DNA of 62,910 bases, counting the filler, from Chiloscyllium plagiosum (Eukaryota), in NCBI RefSeq assembly GCF_004010195.1. It is 4 parts of one record of this genome, joined end to end, with 100 filler letters (N's around TTAATTAATTAA, not from the genome) between each part and the next. Parts side by side here need not be neighbours in the genome. Positions count along the whole stretch, not along the records: positions 50,275 to 62,910 come from NC_057711.1; 3 more parts are not named here. One strand, 5' to 3'. The position numbers and the translations under genes were made by a program. The first letter of the stretch is position 1, and every line of letters starts with the position of its first letter. Shown here piece after piece: positions 62,690 through 62,910 of the stretch. The notes below the pieces were generated by a model, which saw only the letters and a list, made by a program, of their open reading frames with translations, made no database searches and was not told the DNA's origin.

Positions 62690-62910
62690 TTCAAAGTTTG
62701 TGAGAAGATTTGTAGCTCGGGTGCTTGTTGTTGTGGTTCTGTTCGCCGAGCTGGGAATTTGTGTTGCAGACGTTTCGTCCCCTGTCTAGGTGACATCCTC
62801 AGTGCTTGGGAGCCTCCTGTGAAGCGCTTCTGTGATCTTTCCTCTGGCATTTGTAGTGGTTTGAATCTGCCGCTTCCGGTTGTCAGTTCCAGCTGTCCGT
62901 TGCAGTGGTT
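62690..62910 (-). mobile_element. Terminal repeat of a third Penelope-like family (family C), running off the window
   Basis: CpG-rich, apparently young sequence carrying a hammerhead motif. The PLE assignment is inferred from that motif. Confidence 0.6.
62766..62805 (-). ncRNA. Minimal type-I hammerhead ribozyme motif (family C)
   Basis: GCA-CUGAGGA-U-GUCaCCU(AGAC)AGGgGAC-GAA-ACGU-C-UGC: intact core, palindromic ACGU, 3-bp stem I (GCA/UGC). Confidence 0.7.

Overview
Eukaryotic, AT-rich vertebrate DNA. The tRNA-derived V-SINEs (HE1-like) and CR1 tails point to a shark or other elasmobranch. The window is four contigs joined by 100-bp gaps, each containing an artificial TTAATTAATTAA linker. 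Much of it is retroelement debris: many CR1 LINEs (two near full length, with zinc-finger/esterase ORF1), SINEs, an RTE fragment, a Tc2/pogo-like MITE, and several Penelope-like element (PLE) families. No intact host gene was recognised. Main signals: (1) a chain of splice-site-bounded, protein-like exons on the + strand across about 53 kb, most interrupted by stops (often TGA), suggesting a decayed multi-exon coiled-coil gene; (2) a ~1.9-kb stop-depleted minus-strand region (7590-9500) with weak resemblance to negative-strand RNA virus L protein, a speculative endogenous viral element; (3) minimal type-I hammerhead ribozyme motifs in three PLE families, plus short inverted-repeat PLE derivatives inserted with target-site duplications; (4) nested insertions, including an element carrying a 34-bp minisatellite. 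All family assignments were made by eye and no database search was run.
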